Below are positions 39,055 through 48,788 of a stretch of DNA of 59,566 bases, piece by piece (position 1 is the stretch's first letter; each line of letters starts with the position of its first letter). Both the position numbers and the translations under genes were made by a program. Under the pieces are notes generated by a model. That model ran no database searches and was not told where the DNA came from. It was given only the letters and a program-made list of their open reading frames with translations. Origin of the DNA: an uncultured bacterium (lineage in GTDB: Bacteria; Gemmatimonadota; Gemmatimonadetes; Longimicrobiales; Gaopeijiaceae); the NCBI GenBank assembly GCA_963934665.1, contig CAWVZF010000001.1, positions 1 to 59,566 of the forward strand, given 5' to 3'.

Positions 39055-41454
39055 CTACTGAGTGTTCACTTGAAGTGGTGTATGGGACTGCGGTTGTCCT
39101 GAATACGCGTTTACGATCATATCCGTAACCACTGGGGTCCGGTTGAAGTAGTGCCCCTCTAGGGCTTCGGAGATGGCGCACAGTAGAGCAGCCGCTGAAC
39201 ATCCCATGACTGGTTCGCCAATCCCTTTCGAGCCAACTGGGTTTTCTGGGTCAGCTATGTTGACTGCAGCCCAGCCCATTTCTGAAGGAACGTCCAAGTA
39301 CGATGGCGGTTTTGCTTGATAGAGCCCGACTGAGCCAGGTAAGCCCCAGACATCGTCATAGAGATGGCGCTCTGTTAATGCCATTCCGAAGCCCATTACT
39401 GCACCACCCTTGATCTGGGTTGCTAGGCCCTGGGGATGGGTCACAGTGCCACAATCAGCGACCCCGAGATAGTCGATGATCTCGACCTTTCCTGTTTCCA
39501 CGTCGAGTTCTATTTCGATAAAGCCTACAGCGAGGGCCGGTACCATGCCCCTCTGGCCCATATTATCTCGTGCCACACCGATTAAGCCCGTGTCTACTAA
39601 ACCAGCGACAGCACGGGCAGTCATGGCATTGATATCATCGGGCACGTTATGTCCACTATATGCTCCACCAAGTTCAATCGCCTTCTGAGCAGCTCGGGCG
39701 TATGACATACGTCTGGAGGGGTTCGATTTATTAAAGACATTTTCTCCAGAGACGTCGTAGTCCTCAGCTGAGCCGCCGAACTCGATTGCAGCAATTTCTT
39801 TCAATTTGCGGAGTGCATCCATTGCTGCCACATAGTTTGTGCGCGTCATCGTGAAGGAAGTGTTGCTACCAAACTGCCCTAGGTTCCACGGAAGACCCAA
39901 GCTTGAGTCTCCGTGCACGATCTGGCAGTTGTCCCAGTCATACTTGAGCGCATCCGCTGCAACTCGGGAAGTACTTGCATAGGAGTACGTGCCGAGATTA
40001 CCGACGCCACTGTGAATATGCAGTATGCCATCGGGGGTGATTCGTACCAGGCCATCAAACCCGCTCGAACCCGCTGAATGGAAGGCTTGTCCAACTGCCG
40101 TCGCTCGGATTTTTGATCCATTAAGTTGACCGCTACGCGCCCGACGCTCCTGCCATGCAAACTGTTCTGCTCCCATGTCGAGGGCATCACGAAGGTGTGC
40201 GCTTGTAACAGCTTGTCTGCTCGCTCCATAGCGTGACTCATTTGTAGGAGCGTTGATACGCCGGATCGCCACGAGATCGATTCCTAATTGTCGAGCTGCT
40301 TTATCTAAAAGCGGCTCGACTGCCATGGCGATCTGATTTTGTCCAGGGCCACGTTGGGCGCCCCGCGGAGGTGTGTTGGTGAGCACTGAAATACCGCGGT
40401 AACGCATTGCCAGAGGCGTATAAACGATGGAGACCGCACTCGCTGCGGCACCCATATCACCGCCCCCACCGTTCGAGCCACTTTCTTGAACGATGTACAG
40501 ATCGACCGCCGAGATTCGCCCATCCTCTTGAAACCCCATCTTGATACGGCCCTGAAAACCAGGGCGAGCTGACCCCAGGTAGTATTCTTCCGCACGGCTG
40601 ATCCTCATCAGAACAGGTCGCCCAGTCTTTTTGGACATGTACGCAGGAATTGCCATGCACGGGTAGGCACTACCCTTGGAGCCAAATCCACCACCACAGT
40701 ATTCAGCAACATAAACCAAATTCTCTGGCTCAATACCGATATAATTCGCTAGACCCGGAACCACGAAACTTTGGCTCTGAGTCGACCCACGAACGTGGCA
40801 CTTACCATTTTCCCAATAGGCTAGCGCTGTACGGGGTTCCATTGAGTGATGAGAGTGACTTGCCGTGACAAAGGTCTCGTCAAGCGTAAGCGCCGTTTCC
40901 GAGAAACCGGCTTCTAAATCACCATAAGACCACTCTGCCCCTGGCTCTCCCATCGGGAGTTGACCTTCTTCGGCCGCCTCAAAGTCTTCCGCACTCCATT
41001 TAAGCTCCTGTACCCCCTGACGCGGTACGACCGTATTACCTTCGAGATAAGCATTAGGACCACCAGGCCGCAGGCTCTCGAGCGGGTCTACACAGAAGGG
41101 TAGCGGCTCCAGATCAAGCCTGATTGCTTCAATCGCGTTTTGAGCGGTGGTTTCATCGACCGCGGCTACGGCGAGAATGGGCTCACCCACAAAATGGGGC
41201 TCGTTCGTTAGAATATTAGTTGCTGCACCGGGCTGTTCAGGTACCTCATCCGCTGTGAGAACGTCCACGACGCCTGCCATACTCAATGCTTCAGTTAAAT
41301 CGATGTTCCGCACCCGTGCATGTGGCATCGGGCTCGTAAGGAGTCTGCAGTAGAGCAATCCGTCCATCCGGAAATCTTCGGCATATTTTGCTGCTCCAGT
41401 AACTTTCCCTCGGATATCCGGCGGTATGAAATCTTTGCCAAGCAACTCAGGCAT
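39055..41454 (-). CDS. Molybdopterin-binding large subunit of a xanthine dehydrogenase-family enzyme (PaoC/CoxL-like)
   Basis: Start set at ATG 41454 (MPELLGKDF...), 7 nt after GAGGAG, with an ATGCCTGA overlap onto the small-subunit stop. XDH-family blocks are GKVTGAAKYAEDF, GGGFGSKG and GIGEPVMG. Confidence 0.85.
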   Translation of the reverse strand: MPELLGKDFIPPDIRGKVTGAAKYAEDFRMDGLLYCRLLTSPMPHARVRNIDLTEALSMAGVVDVLTADEVPEQPGAATNILTNEPHFVGEPILAVAAVDETTAQNAIEAIRLDLEPLPFCVDPLESLRPGGPNAYLEGNTVVPRQGVQELKWSAEDFEAAEEGQLPMGEPGAEWSYGDLEAGFSETALTLDETFVTASHSHHSMEPRTALAYWENGKCHVRGSTQSQSFVVPGLANYIGIEPENLVYVAEYCGGGFGSKGSAYPCMAIPAYMSKKTGRPVLMRISRAEEYYLGSARPGFQGRIKMGFQEDGRISAVDLYIVQESGSNGGGGDMGAAASAVSIVYTPLAMRYRGISVLTNTPPRGAQRGPGQNQIAMAVEPLLDKAARQLGIDLVAIRRINAPTNESRYGASRQAVTSAHLRDALDMGAEQFAWQERRARSGQLNGSKIRATAVGQAFHSAGSSGFDGLVRITPDGILHIHSGVGNLGTYSYASTSRVAADALKYDWDNCQIVHGDSSLGLPWNLGQFGSNTSFTMTRTNYVAAMDALRKLKEIAAIEFGGSAEDYDVSGENVFNKSNPSRRMSYARAAQKAIELGGAYSGHNVPDDINAMTARAVAGLVDTGLIGVARDNMGQRGMVPALAVGFIEIELDVETGKVEIIDYLGVADCGTVTHPQGLATQIKGGAVMGFGMALTERHLYDDVWGLPGSVGLYQAKPPSYLDVPSEMGWAAVNIADPENPVGSKGIGEPVMGCSAAALLCAISEALEGHYFNRTPVVTDMIVNAYSGQPQSHTPLQVNTQ

Positions 41455-42139
41455 TTGACGTCTCCTCAACAGCCCGCATCACACCGTTGAGATAATGATC
41501 ATATGCGCCGCAACGGCAGAGATTGCCCGCCATCGCGATTCGGGCTTCATCGCGCGTTGGGTTCGGGTTTGATCTGAGCAGGGCGACTGCTGACATAACT
41601 TGTCCCGGCGTACAGAATCCACATTGTGGGCTTAATTCATCGATAAATGCTTGTTGCACAGGGTGCAATTGTCCGTTTGCGCCCTCGAGTCCCTCAACAG
41701 TGGTCACCTCGCGATTTCGAACACGGTGCGTCAATAGTGTGCAGGAGTAGTGGTTGACATCACCGATCAGCACCGTACACGCACCGCATTCGGCGCGGTC
41801 ACAGCCTAGTTTTGTACCCGTAAGGCCGAGTTTATAGCGAAGTGTCATCGCCAGGGTTTCACCTGGCAGTACGTCAACCCGACGAGTTTGACCATTGACG
41901 TTGAGTGTGATCAGACGCTCCACACCCTGTGCTGATAGACGCTGGGGGCGCGTTAGTGCTGGGCCAAAGTAAATAGCTCCGGAAACAGTTACTCCGGAAG
42001 CGATGACTCCTTTAATAAAATTACGCCGGGACCATTCGGGTTTGGTTTCGGGCACAACAACGACTGTATCCGAGTGGCCGACAGCGGGAGAGGGAGTACT
42101 TGCGTTTTGGACGGGTTCAAAGGCGTCTGTATCACTCAC
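41447..42139 (-). CDS. TAT-exported (2Fe-2S)-binding small subunit (PaoA-like)
   Basis: Twin-arginine motif WSRRNFIKGVIASG. Cluster motifs GCDRAECGACTV and CGFCTPGQ...NLCRCGAY. 230 aa, the same size and architecture as E. coli PaoA. Confidence 0.85.
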   Translation of the reverse strand: MSDTDAFEPVQNASTPSPAVGHSDTVVVVPETKPEWSRRNFIKGVIASGVTVSGAIYFGPALTRPQRLSAQGVERLITLNVNGQTRRVDVLPGETLAMTLRYKLGLTGTKLGCDRAECGACTVLIGDVNHYSCTLLTHRVRNREVTTVEGLEGANGQLHPVQQAFIDELSPQCGFCTPGQVMSAVALLRSNPNPTRDEARIAMAGNLCRCGAYDHYLNGVMRAVEETSNA

Positions 42140-42347
42140 CTAGCCTGACTCCTGCCTGGGGAACTCGCGCATGGTAAGGTAGAGCGGGCTAGGGGACAAC
42201 TTATTGATGCCTTTGTCGGATTTGCCGAGAGCCATCGGATTGTGCTACGGTCGAAGAAGTAGGGCGGTTAATGAGCTTGTGCGCTTGTTTGAGAAAGCCA
42301 ATATCTGGCGCCTAGCATTCCCGGAATCCAGTGAAAGAGGTGTGACA

Positions 42348-43949
42348 ATGAGTACAACGAGATGTGTTTGGCGTACCACGCTACTACTTGGTTTGTTCAC
42401 GGGCTTGCAAGCACCTGTTACGAACGCGTTATCAGCTCAAATGCTGAGCCTCTCCGAGGCGACGATTGAGGACATCAACACCGCCTTTGACTCAGGCACT
42501 TTGACTTCCGAGCGTCTCATCGAACTGTATCTCGCTCGGATCCAGGCCTACGATCAGCAGGGCCCCCGTCTGAACGCTGTGCTCTGGTTGAATGACCAGG
42601 CTTTAGAGACCGCGAGAATCCTTGATGAGGAACGCAGGGTGAGTGGACCGCGTTCTCCGTTACATGGCATCCCCGTAGCACTTAAGGACAACATCGATAC
42701 CGCTGACATGCCTACCACTGCCGGCTCATTGCTTTTGGCTGGGTCACTGCCGCCGGATGACGCGTTTATCGTTCAAAAGCTAAGGAACGCAGGCGCGATT
42801 ATTCTAGCGAAGCTCAACATGAGCGAGCTCGCTTCTGGGGTGACGATGAGTTCGGTCGGTGGCTTCATCAGGAATCCTCATGATATAGAGCGTTCTCCGG
42901 CAGGCTCTTCTGGAGGAACAGGCGCAGCAATAGCAGCCGCTTTTGCACAGTTGGGTATCGGCACTGACACGGGTGGATCCGTTCGTGGACCAACTACAGC
43001 GAACGGCATAGCCGGACTCAAGCCAACGCATGGGTTATTGAGTCGTGATGGTATCGTACCGCTTGCCCTCTCTTTTGACATGGCGGGCCCTATGGCACGG
43101 CATGTATACGATGTGGCAACAATGCTGGGTGCTATGACCGGAATCGACCAGGATGACGTTGCGACGAGTAAGAGTACCGGTCGTTTTGAGACCGATTACA
43201 CCCAATTCTTGGACGTGAGTGCACTCGGTGATGCAAGAATCGGAGTTGCCCGAGATTTTCTGGGCCAAGATACCGAGGTCGACTGGATCCTTGAGGCTTC
43301 GCTTGAGGCAATGCGAGCTGAGGGTGCCACTGTGGTAGATGTCTATTTTCCTCAGTGGCTTCTCGATGCCAAGGGCGACTGGTATACGACGATACGGTGG
43401 AGAGAATTTCGTGCTCAAATTCCTGGGTATCTGGCCACGATCGGCCCTGAATACCCAAAGACTCTCAGTGAGATGGTAGAACGGTCCATGGAGATTACAT
43501 CACTCACCCCAGAGGGCGGAACACCAAATCCTACACGTTGGTCACTGCTCATACAGGAGGAACAGAGTGGAACGCTTGATGACCATGAGTACATAGCGAT
43601 GAAGAACTATGGACTCCCAATGGCACAGAGTATCGTGGCTGGGCTAATGGATACCCAAAACCTTGATGCGATCGTATACCCGACTTCACCTACTCGTCCT
43701 TCTTTGGTAAACGGTGGTGGGGGAGGAGGAGTATCTGCTACGAATATCGCAAATCTCACGGGGTTCCCAGACTTGATTGTACCCGGTGGGTTTACCAGCG
43801 ATCAGCTTCCGGTCGGAATCTCATTTCTCGGTCGACCGTTCAGTGAGCCTCGCTTATTTGGGCTAGGGTATGCATTTGAGCAGGCTACTAAGGTGAGGCG
43901 TGACCCCAAGATGACCCCACCACTTTTTGGTGAAGAGATTCGGAGGTAA
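42348..43949 (+). CDS. Exported amidase-signature amidase (paralogue 2)
   Basis: Start at ATG 42348 after GAAAGAGG. Signal peptide MSTTRCVWRTTLLLGLFTGLQAPVTNALSAQ. AS motifs HGIPVALKDN and PAGSSGGTGAAIAAAFA. Confidence 0.85.
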   Translation: MSTTRCVWRTTLLLGLFTGLQAPVTNALSAQMLSLSEATIEDINTAFDSGTLTSERLIELYLARIQAYDQQGPRLNAVLWLNDQALETARILDEERRVSGPRSPLHGIPVALKDNIDTADMPTTAGSLLLAGSLPPDDAFIVQKLRNAGAIILAKLNMSELASGVTMSSVGGFIRNPHDIERSPAGSSGGTGAAIAAAFAQLGIGTDTGGSVRGPTTANGIAGLKPTHGLLSRDGIVPLALSFDMAGPMARHVYDVATMLGAMTGIDQDDVATSKSTGRFETDYTQFLDVSALGDARIGVARDFLGQDTEVDWILEASLEAMRAEGATVVDVYFPQWLLDAKGDWYTTIRWREFRAQIPGYLATIGPEYPKTLSEMVERSMEITSLTPEGGTPNPTRWSLLIQEEQSGTLDDHEYIAMKNYGLPMAQSIVAGLMDTQNLDAIVYPTSPTRPSLVNGGGGGGVSATNIANLTGFPDLIVPGGFTSDQLPVGISFLGRPFSEPRLFGLGYAFEQATKVRRDPKMTPPLFGEEIRR

Positions 43950-44015
43950 CCCATACTAGCTGAATCTTACTCACACCCACTCGTTCAGCCCCAGCTTAGC
44001 ACAGCGGTAGCCAGA

Positions 44016-44849
44016 TTATTCCGGCTTCGTAGCGCTGGCTTTGAAGAATGTATAGCAGAAGGTGCCCTTTGAGCTGAGTCCGGTTTCCCGTAGGTCTGCG
44101 ACGCCCTTCTCCCACTCGATCGGCGACATCAGACCTTTGGCCAGCGCTTCAGTTCGAACGCCCTCGACCATGGGCACGATCGTCTGAAGTACGAACTGAT
44201 GCTGAACGAGCGGACGGCTTTCGTCTGCATAGACCATACGTGGCGAGACTCGCACATCCTCGAAGCCCGCAGACTGAAGTAGCGGATGCAGTCTTCGTCC
44301 GATTTCGGAGTCACATCCGAGTTCAGCCTGGACTTCGATAAGGCATTGCCACGCACGAATAGCCTCTGGGGTGTCTGGATGGAAGTAGCAGGACCCATGA
44401 TCTCCTTCCACAACAAGTAAGTCACCACCGGGACGCAGAAGTGCCTTAAGGCTGGTCAGCGCAGCAAGCGGGTCAGATAGGTGCTCGAGCAGATAGCTCA
44501 CGAATAAAACGTCGAAGCTTTCTGGTTTGAACGGAGCTTCAAACAAGTCAGCGGTAAGCAGATGTACCTCTTGCAGTTCGGCTATCCGGACACGCTCTGC
44601 AGCCAACCCAACCGATTGTGGGGTTTTGTCGAATGACACGAACCGACAAGCTGGGAGTCGCTGAGCCATCGCAACCGTCTGTGCACCAACTCCACAGGCG
44701 ACCTCGAGGATCCTACTGTCTGGTGGGAACTGGGTGTCGTGGTGGATCAGGTCCCGGACAGAAGTGGCTTGGTCCATGAGTCGCTGGGCTTCCCGCTCAC
44801 CGTACCCATGTACATAGGCCCTAGGCTCACCTACTTCCCTACTAGACAC
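44016..44849 (-). CDS. Class I SAM-dependent methyltransferase
   Basis: Motif I ILEVACGVGAQT and post-I/II blocks FVSFD and DVLFVSYLLEHL. The GTG start immediately follows the upstream TAG. Confidence 0.8.
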   Translation of the reverse strand: MSSREVGEPRAYVHGYGEREAQRLMDQATSVRDLIHHDTQFPPDSRILEVACGVGAQTVAMAQRLPACRFVSFDKTPQSVGLAAERVRIAELQEVHLLTADLFEAPFKPESFDVLFVSYLLEHLSDPLAALTSLKALLRPGGDLLVVEGDHGSCYFHPDTPEAIRAWQCLIEVQAELGCDSEIGRRLHPLLQSAGFEDVRVSPRMVYADESRPLVQHQFVLQTIVPMVEGVRTEALAKGLMSPIEWEKGVADLRETGLSSKGTFCYTFFKASATKPE

Positions 44850-47261
44850 CTACCCGTTCGGTTCCAGCATAGTTTGGATTCGAGCTACCGAGTCATCGTA
44901 GTGGAGTGCAGTGGCGTTGGGGTTAGCCCCATTTCGTGCCTGCCGTTCCTGAAGCAACGCCTCTAGTAGTGAATTCAGATGTGCCCGCACATAAGGAGCG
45001 ATATCAGTCTGCAGAGCATCTTCATCGCTCATTAGTTCATCCATACGGCCTAAGTAAGCTCGCTGGAGGTTTCTACGGTATACATCGGTGTCGTCTCCGC
45101 TAGATAATTCAGACCATACACCGTTACGGAGATCACCCAGCATCTCACCGAGTGAGTATGCTGCTGAACCATGGAAGGCTTCTTGCTCTATGAGACGTTT
45201 CATACGGTCAGTATTGAGGACTTGGTTCAAGGTGCCGACCTGCCTTTGTCGCACGACATCCGGTGCTCCAGAGTCTTGGAACTGGTCGAGTATATCTGAG
45301 CGGAGCATCCAGGTAGGTGTAGCAAACACCTGATTATTCAGATAATCCGTTGCTCTTTCTTGCTTTTCCTTCGGCACCCGTTCGTATTGGACTCCTTCCT
45401 GGCCTTGGTGTTTCCGGGTGAGAACAACACCTCCAATATTGGTCAGTACGTGACCGGAGTAACGGTTCCACTGTCCTATGACGTTGGTGTAGAGTTCTTC
45501 GAGATCCGAAAAGTCTTCACCGGCTTGATATGTCCAGGCCTTTAGGTTGTCTACGATTCGTTTGAGGTTTGCGATACCAAGGTCAGACGCTCTCATGGCG
45601 TCATCTCCGATAGCCTCTGTGAGTGCGGTTGGATCCGCCCCGGTCGGACTCGAGAATCGATATACAGGATCAGCAGTTTGTGTGACCACCATTTCCCGCA
45701 ACCCCTCTCGTTCAGTCAGTTCGTTGTATCCGAGCATCGGCCTATATCCCCATTCAATCGCAAATTGATCGTAGGGGCCAATCGCAGGCATGAAGCACGT
45801 ATCATCACCCGGTTGGGCCACATAATTGAAACGCGCATAATCCATGATCGATGGAGCAATACCCATCCGACACGGAAAGCTGGTTCTAAGCGAGTCAACC
45901 GGATATGCAGCAGATGACTGCATATTGTGCTGTAAGCCGATTGTGTGCCCTACCTCATGCGAGGAAACGAAGCGGATCAGTTCGCCCATGACTTCGTCAC
46001 TAAATTTTACTCCTCGTGCATCAGGATTTGCAGCTGCGGTCTGAATGAAGAACCAATTCCTGAGCAGATTCATCACGTTGTGGTACCACTGGATATCGCT
46101 CTCGAGGATCTCTCCTGTGCGAGGGTCATGAACGTGCGGGCCTGAAGCATTTTCAACTGTTGATGCCAAGTAACGGATTACTGAGTAGCGGGAGTCCTCG
46201 GCATTCCAATCCGGGTCCTCTTCGGGTGTCGGCGCATCCCTTGCGATGATGGCGTTACTGAATCCCGCTGTTTCAAAAGCGATTTGCCAATCTTCCACGC
46301 CCTGCTTCAGGTACTCTCTCCACTTCATAGGTGTTGCCGGGTCGATATAGTAGATGATCGGGTCTATAGGATCGACGAGTTCTCCCCGAGCAAAGGCAGC
46401 TGGGTTACTGGGTTCTAGACGCCAGCGTGTTATAAAACACCGTTCGGTAGCACGCTGTTCATCGAGTCCGTAATCAATCTGGCTTGTGCTGAAGAAGCCC
46501 ACGCGCTCATCACAGAGTCTGGGCTGCATAGGGCTGTCCGGTAGGGCGAGCATCGAATGATGCATCTCCATAGACAGCGTGTTTGTCGGATCATTGGAAG
46601 GAGGTTCAGAGGCTTCATAAGTGAGTAGCCGGCGTACTTCAACATTTCGGGGATAAGCACTCGACCGGAGAACAAAAGTGCGCTCTGGATCTACCCTCCT
46701 TACTCCATAGGTTTCACGCCTGTTTTTCTGCAACCCCAGCATAGGGACGTCGTCAGTAAAGAGATCAGTGACATTGATCACCAAGGCCGAGGAGTCGTTT
46801 GAGAATGTCTCGATTTCAAACGTGTGGATGAGTGGTTCAAAGTTGGAATTGGCAACCGCACGTGCAATCGGTTCACCATCATCAGCATAGTTTTGGTGAC
46901 TCACGAGCCGCAGAAATACGCGCTTGCTTCTGCGGTCCCAGCGTACGACGGAGGTATTAACCTTAGATCCACCATAGCCTGAGCCGTCTGCAGACTTAGC
47001 AATGCGCGTCAATAGAAGCATCTCGCGGCCGAGCTCATCAAGCGGGATTTCGTAGTATAGGTCGTCACCGATCATATGCGTGGTGAAGAGTCCCGTACTT
47101 GTTACAGCTTCGCTAGTTATGACATCGGAGTAGGACTTGTCGTCCCTTGGGCCCTCTTCCTGCTCTTCTTCTTGCTGGGTTAAGGACGCCTCGAGATGTG
47201 TATGGGTTACAGCGAAAGCGATGGTAAACAGAATCAGTGGAGTGAGGAGTCGCTGTCTCAT
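44850..47261 (-). CDS. Exported zinc metalloprotease (DUF5117/DUF4953-type)
   Basis: Signal peptide, zinc motif SHEVGHTIGLQHN, and 803 aa, typical of this family. Confidence 0.8.
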   Translation of the reverse strand: MRQRLLTPLILFTIAFAVTHTHLEASLTQQEEEQEEGPRDDKSYSDVITSEAVTSTGLFTTHMIGDDLYYEIPLDELGREMLLLTRIAKSADGSGYGGSKVNTSVVRWDRRSKRVFLRLVSHQNYADDGEPIARAVANSNFEPLIHTFEIETFSNDSSALVINVTDLFTDDVPMLGLQKNRRETYGVRRVDPERTFVLRSSAYPRNVEVRRLLTYEASEPPSNDPTNTLSMEMHHSMLALPDSPMQPRLCDERVGFFSTSQIDYGLDEQRATERCFITRWRLEPSNPAAFARGELVDPIDPIIYYIDPATPMKWREYLKQGVEDWQIAFETAGFSNAIIARDAPTPEEDPDWNAEDSRYSVIRYLASTVENASGPHVHDPRTGEILESDIQWYHNVMNLLRNWFFIQTAAANPDARGVKFSDEVMGELIRFVSSHEVGHTIGLQHNMQSSAAYPVDSLRTSFPCRMGIAPSIMDYARFNYVAQPGDDTCFMPAIGPYDQFAIEWGYRPMLGYNELTEREGLREMVVTQTADPVYRFSSPTGADPTALTEAIGDDAMRASDLGIANLKRIVDNLKAWTYQAGEDFSDLEELYTNVIGQWNRYSGHVLTNIGGVVLTRKHQGQEGVQYERVPKEKQERATDYLNNQVFATPTWMLRSDILDQFQDSGAPDVVRQRQVGTLNQVLNTDRMKRLIEQEAFHGSAAYSLGEMLGDLRNGVWSELSSGDDTDVYRRNLQRAYLGRMDELMSDEDALQTDIAPYVRAHLNSLLEALLQERQARNGANPNATALHYDDSVARIQTMLEPNG

Positions 47262-47384
47262 GATGTAATCTCAAGCTCAGGGAAGACGTGATGGGGTGAT
47301 CAACATCCAATGCGCATACTGAAAAGGTCAAGCCGCCACGTAGGGGATTCGCGAGTTGTGACGAACTCGACCTATCATGCCGTC

Positions 47385-48788
47385 ATGGATGACATTCTTG
47401 CACAACCTCTGTCACGACTAGCAGAAGCCATAAGGCACAGGGTAATCTCTGCTGCGGAGCTGACCGAGATCGCAGTGAGTCAGCACAAAGAGCATGGACA
47501 TTACCTGAACGCCTACAAATCTCTCGATCTTGAAGGAGCCATCCGATTGGCTCGAGAGGCCGATGAGCTTCTGGCTCGCGGAGTTGCCCCAGGGCCCTTT
47601 CATGGGATTCCTATTTCGGCCAAGGACCTCTACGGAGTGAAAGGATTTCCTACGTTTGCGGGAACAGCGCGCCAGTTGCCGGATGTGTGGTCAAGTGATG
47701 CCTGGCTGGTTGCCCAGCTCCGTGCCCAAGGGGCGATCACGATTGGTAAAACACACACAGTCGAATTTGCCTTTGGGGCAGTCGGTATCAATCCGCACTG
47801 GGGGACGCCACGGAATCCCTGGGATGAGAAGGTTCATCGGATCCCAGGAGGTTCATCGTGTGGCGCGGGGGTGAGCCTATGGGAGGGGTCCGCCTTTTTG
47901 GCCCTTGGGTCCGATACAGGAGGTTCTATCCGGATACCTGCAGCAATGACCGGGACCGTTGGTCACAAGCTGACCTGGGGTCGCTGGCCAGTTGATGGGG
48001 TTGTGCCACTAAGCAGTACAATGGATAGCGTTGGTGGTTTGACTCGGTCTGTTGAAGACACGGCATATTTTTTTGGTGCTGTAGATCCGGCTTGGGGGGA
48101 TCCAGAAGCTTTTCTGAAGCATATCACCACGACCAAGCCCTCATCCCTACGGATCACCCTACCTAGTTGCTTGATTTGGGACGATTGTCCGGGCGACATC
48201 AGTGCCCCGATCCATGCAGCACTCGATGAGCTGGAAGTGGTTGGTGTACAACGTACGAATGTAGACGGATCTCTTTTGGATGAAGCCTTCGATCATTACA
48301 GGCGCAGTGGCATCGCCGCTACAGAGTGTAAGGCCTTTCTCGAACAAGAACTTCCAGGGTGGCTGGATATTGTTCATCCGACTATAGGACATCGACTTGC
48401 AGCCGCAGACCCTCTTTCTGATTCAGGTTATGCCTTTGCTTTGGAAGAACACCATCGACTGGTGTCTGTAGCAGACCGGCTCTTCGAGGAAGGGTCTTTA
48501 CTGGTACTTCCAACCACAATTATTACACCTCCCCCCATAGCTGAATTAGAGGACATGAGTGCGTACCTGCAGGCCAATATCACCGCGCTCCGTCCGACCT
48601 GCTGTGTGAGTATGCTTGGCCTCTGCGCGGTTACCGTCCCGGTAGGGCTCGACGCCGAGGGCATGCCAGTTGGTCTCCAACTAGTAGGGCCTACTGGAGC
48701 GGACGAGGCCTTGCTTGCTGCAGCACTAGCTATTGAAAGAGCCCTGGGGACTGCTCGAGAAAGGCTGGGGACACCGGCTTGTGTCTAG
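47385..48788 (+). CDS. Cytoplasmic amidase-signature amidase (paralogue 3)
   Basis: Start taken at MDDILAQPLSRL (no signal peptide). AS motifs HGIPISAKDL and IPGGSSCGAGVSL, followed by GSDTGGSIRIPA. Confidence 0.85.
   Translation: MDDILAQPLSRLAEAIRHRVISAAELTEIAVSQHKEHGHYLNAYKSLDLEGAIRLAREADELLARGVAPGPFHGIPISAKDLYGVKGFPTFAGTARQLPDVWSSDAWLVAQLRAQGAITIGKTHTVEFAFGAVGINPHWGTPRNPWDEKVHRIPGGSSCGAGVSLWEGSAFLALGSDTGGSIRIPAAMTGTVGHKLTWGRWPVDGVVPLSSTMDSVGGLTRSVEDTAYFFGAVDPAWGDPEAFLKHITTTKPSSLRITLPSCLIWDDCPGDISAPIHAALDELEVVGVQRTNVDGSLLDEAFDHYRRSGIAATECKAFLEQELPGWLDIVHPTIGHRLAAADPLSDSGYAFALEEHHRLVSVADRLFEEGSLLVLPTTIITPPPIAELEDMSAYLQANITALRPTCCVSMLGLCAVTVPVGLDAEGMPVGLQLVGPTGADEALLAAALAIERALGTARERLGTPACV

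Noticed and set aside
41455-41469. TTG start giving MRRRQ- on the Moco large subunit.
   Set aside because: ATG 41454 sits 7 nt after GAGGAG and gives the usual short overlap with the upstream stop.
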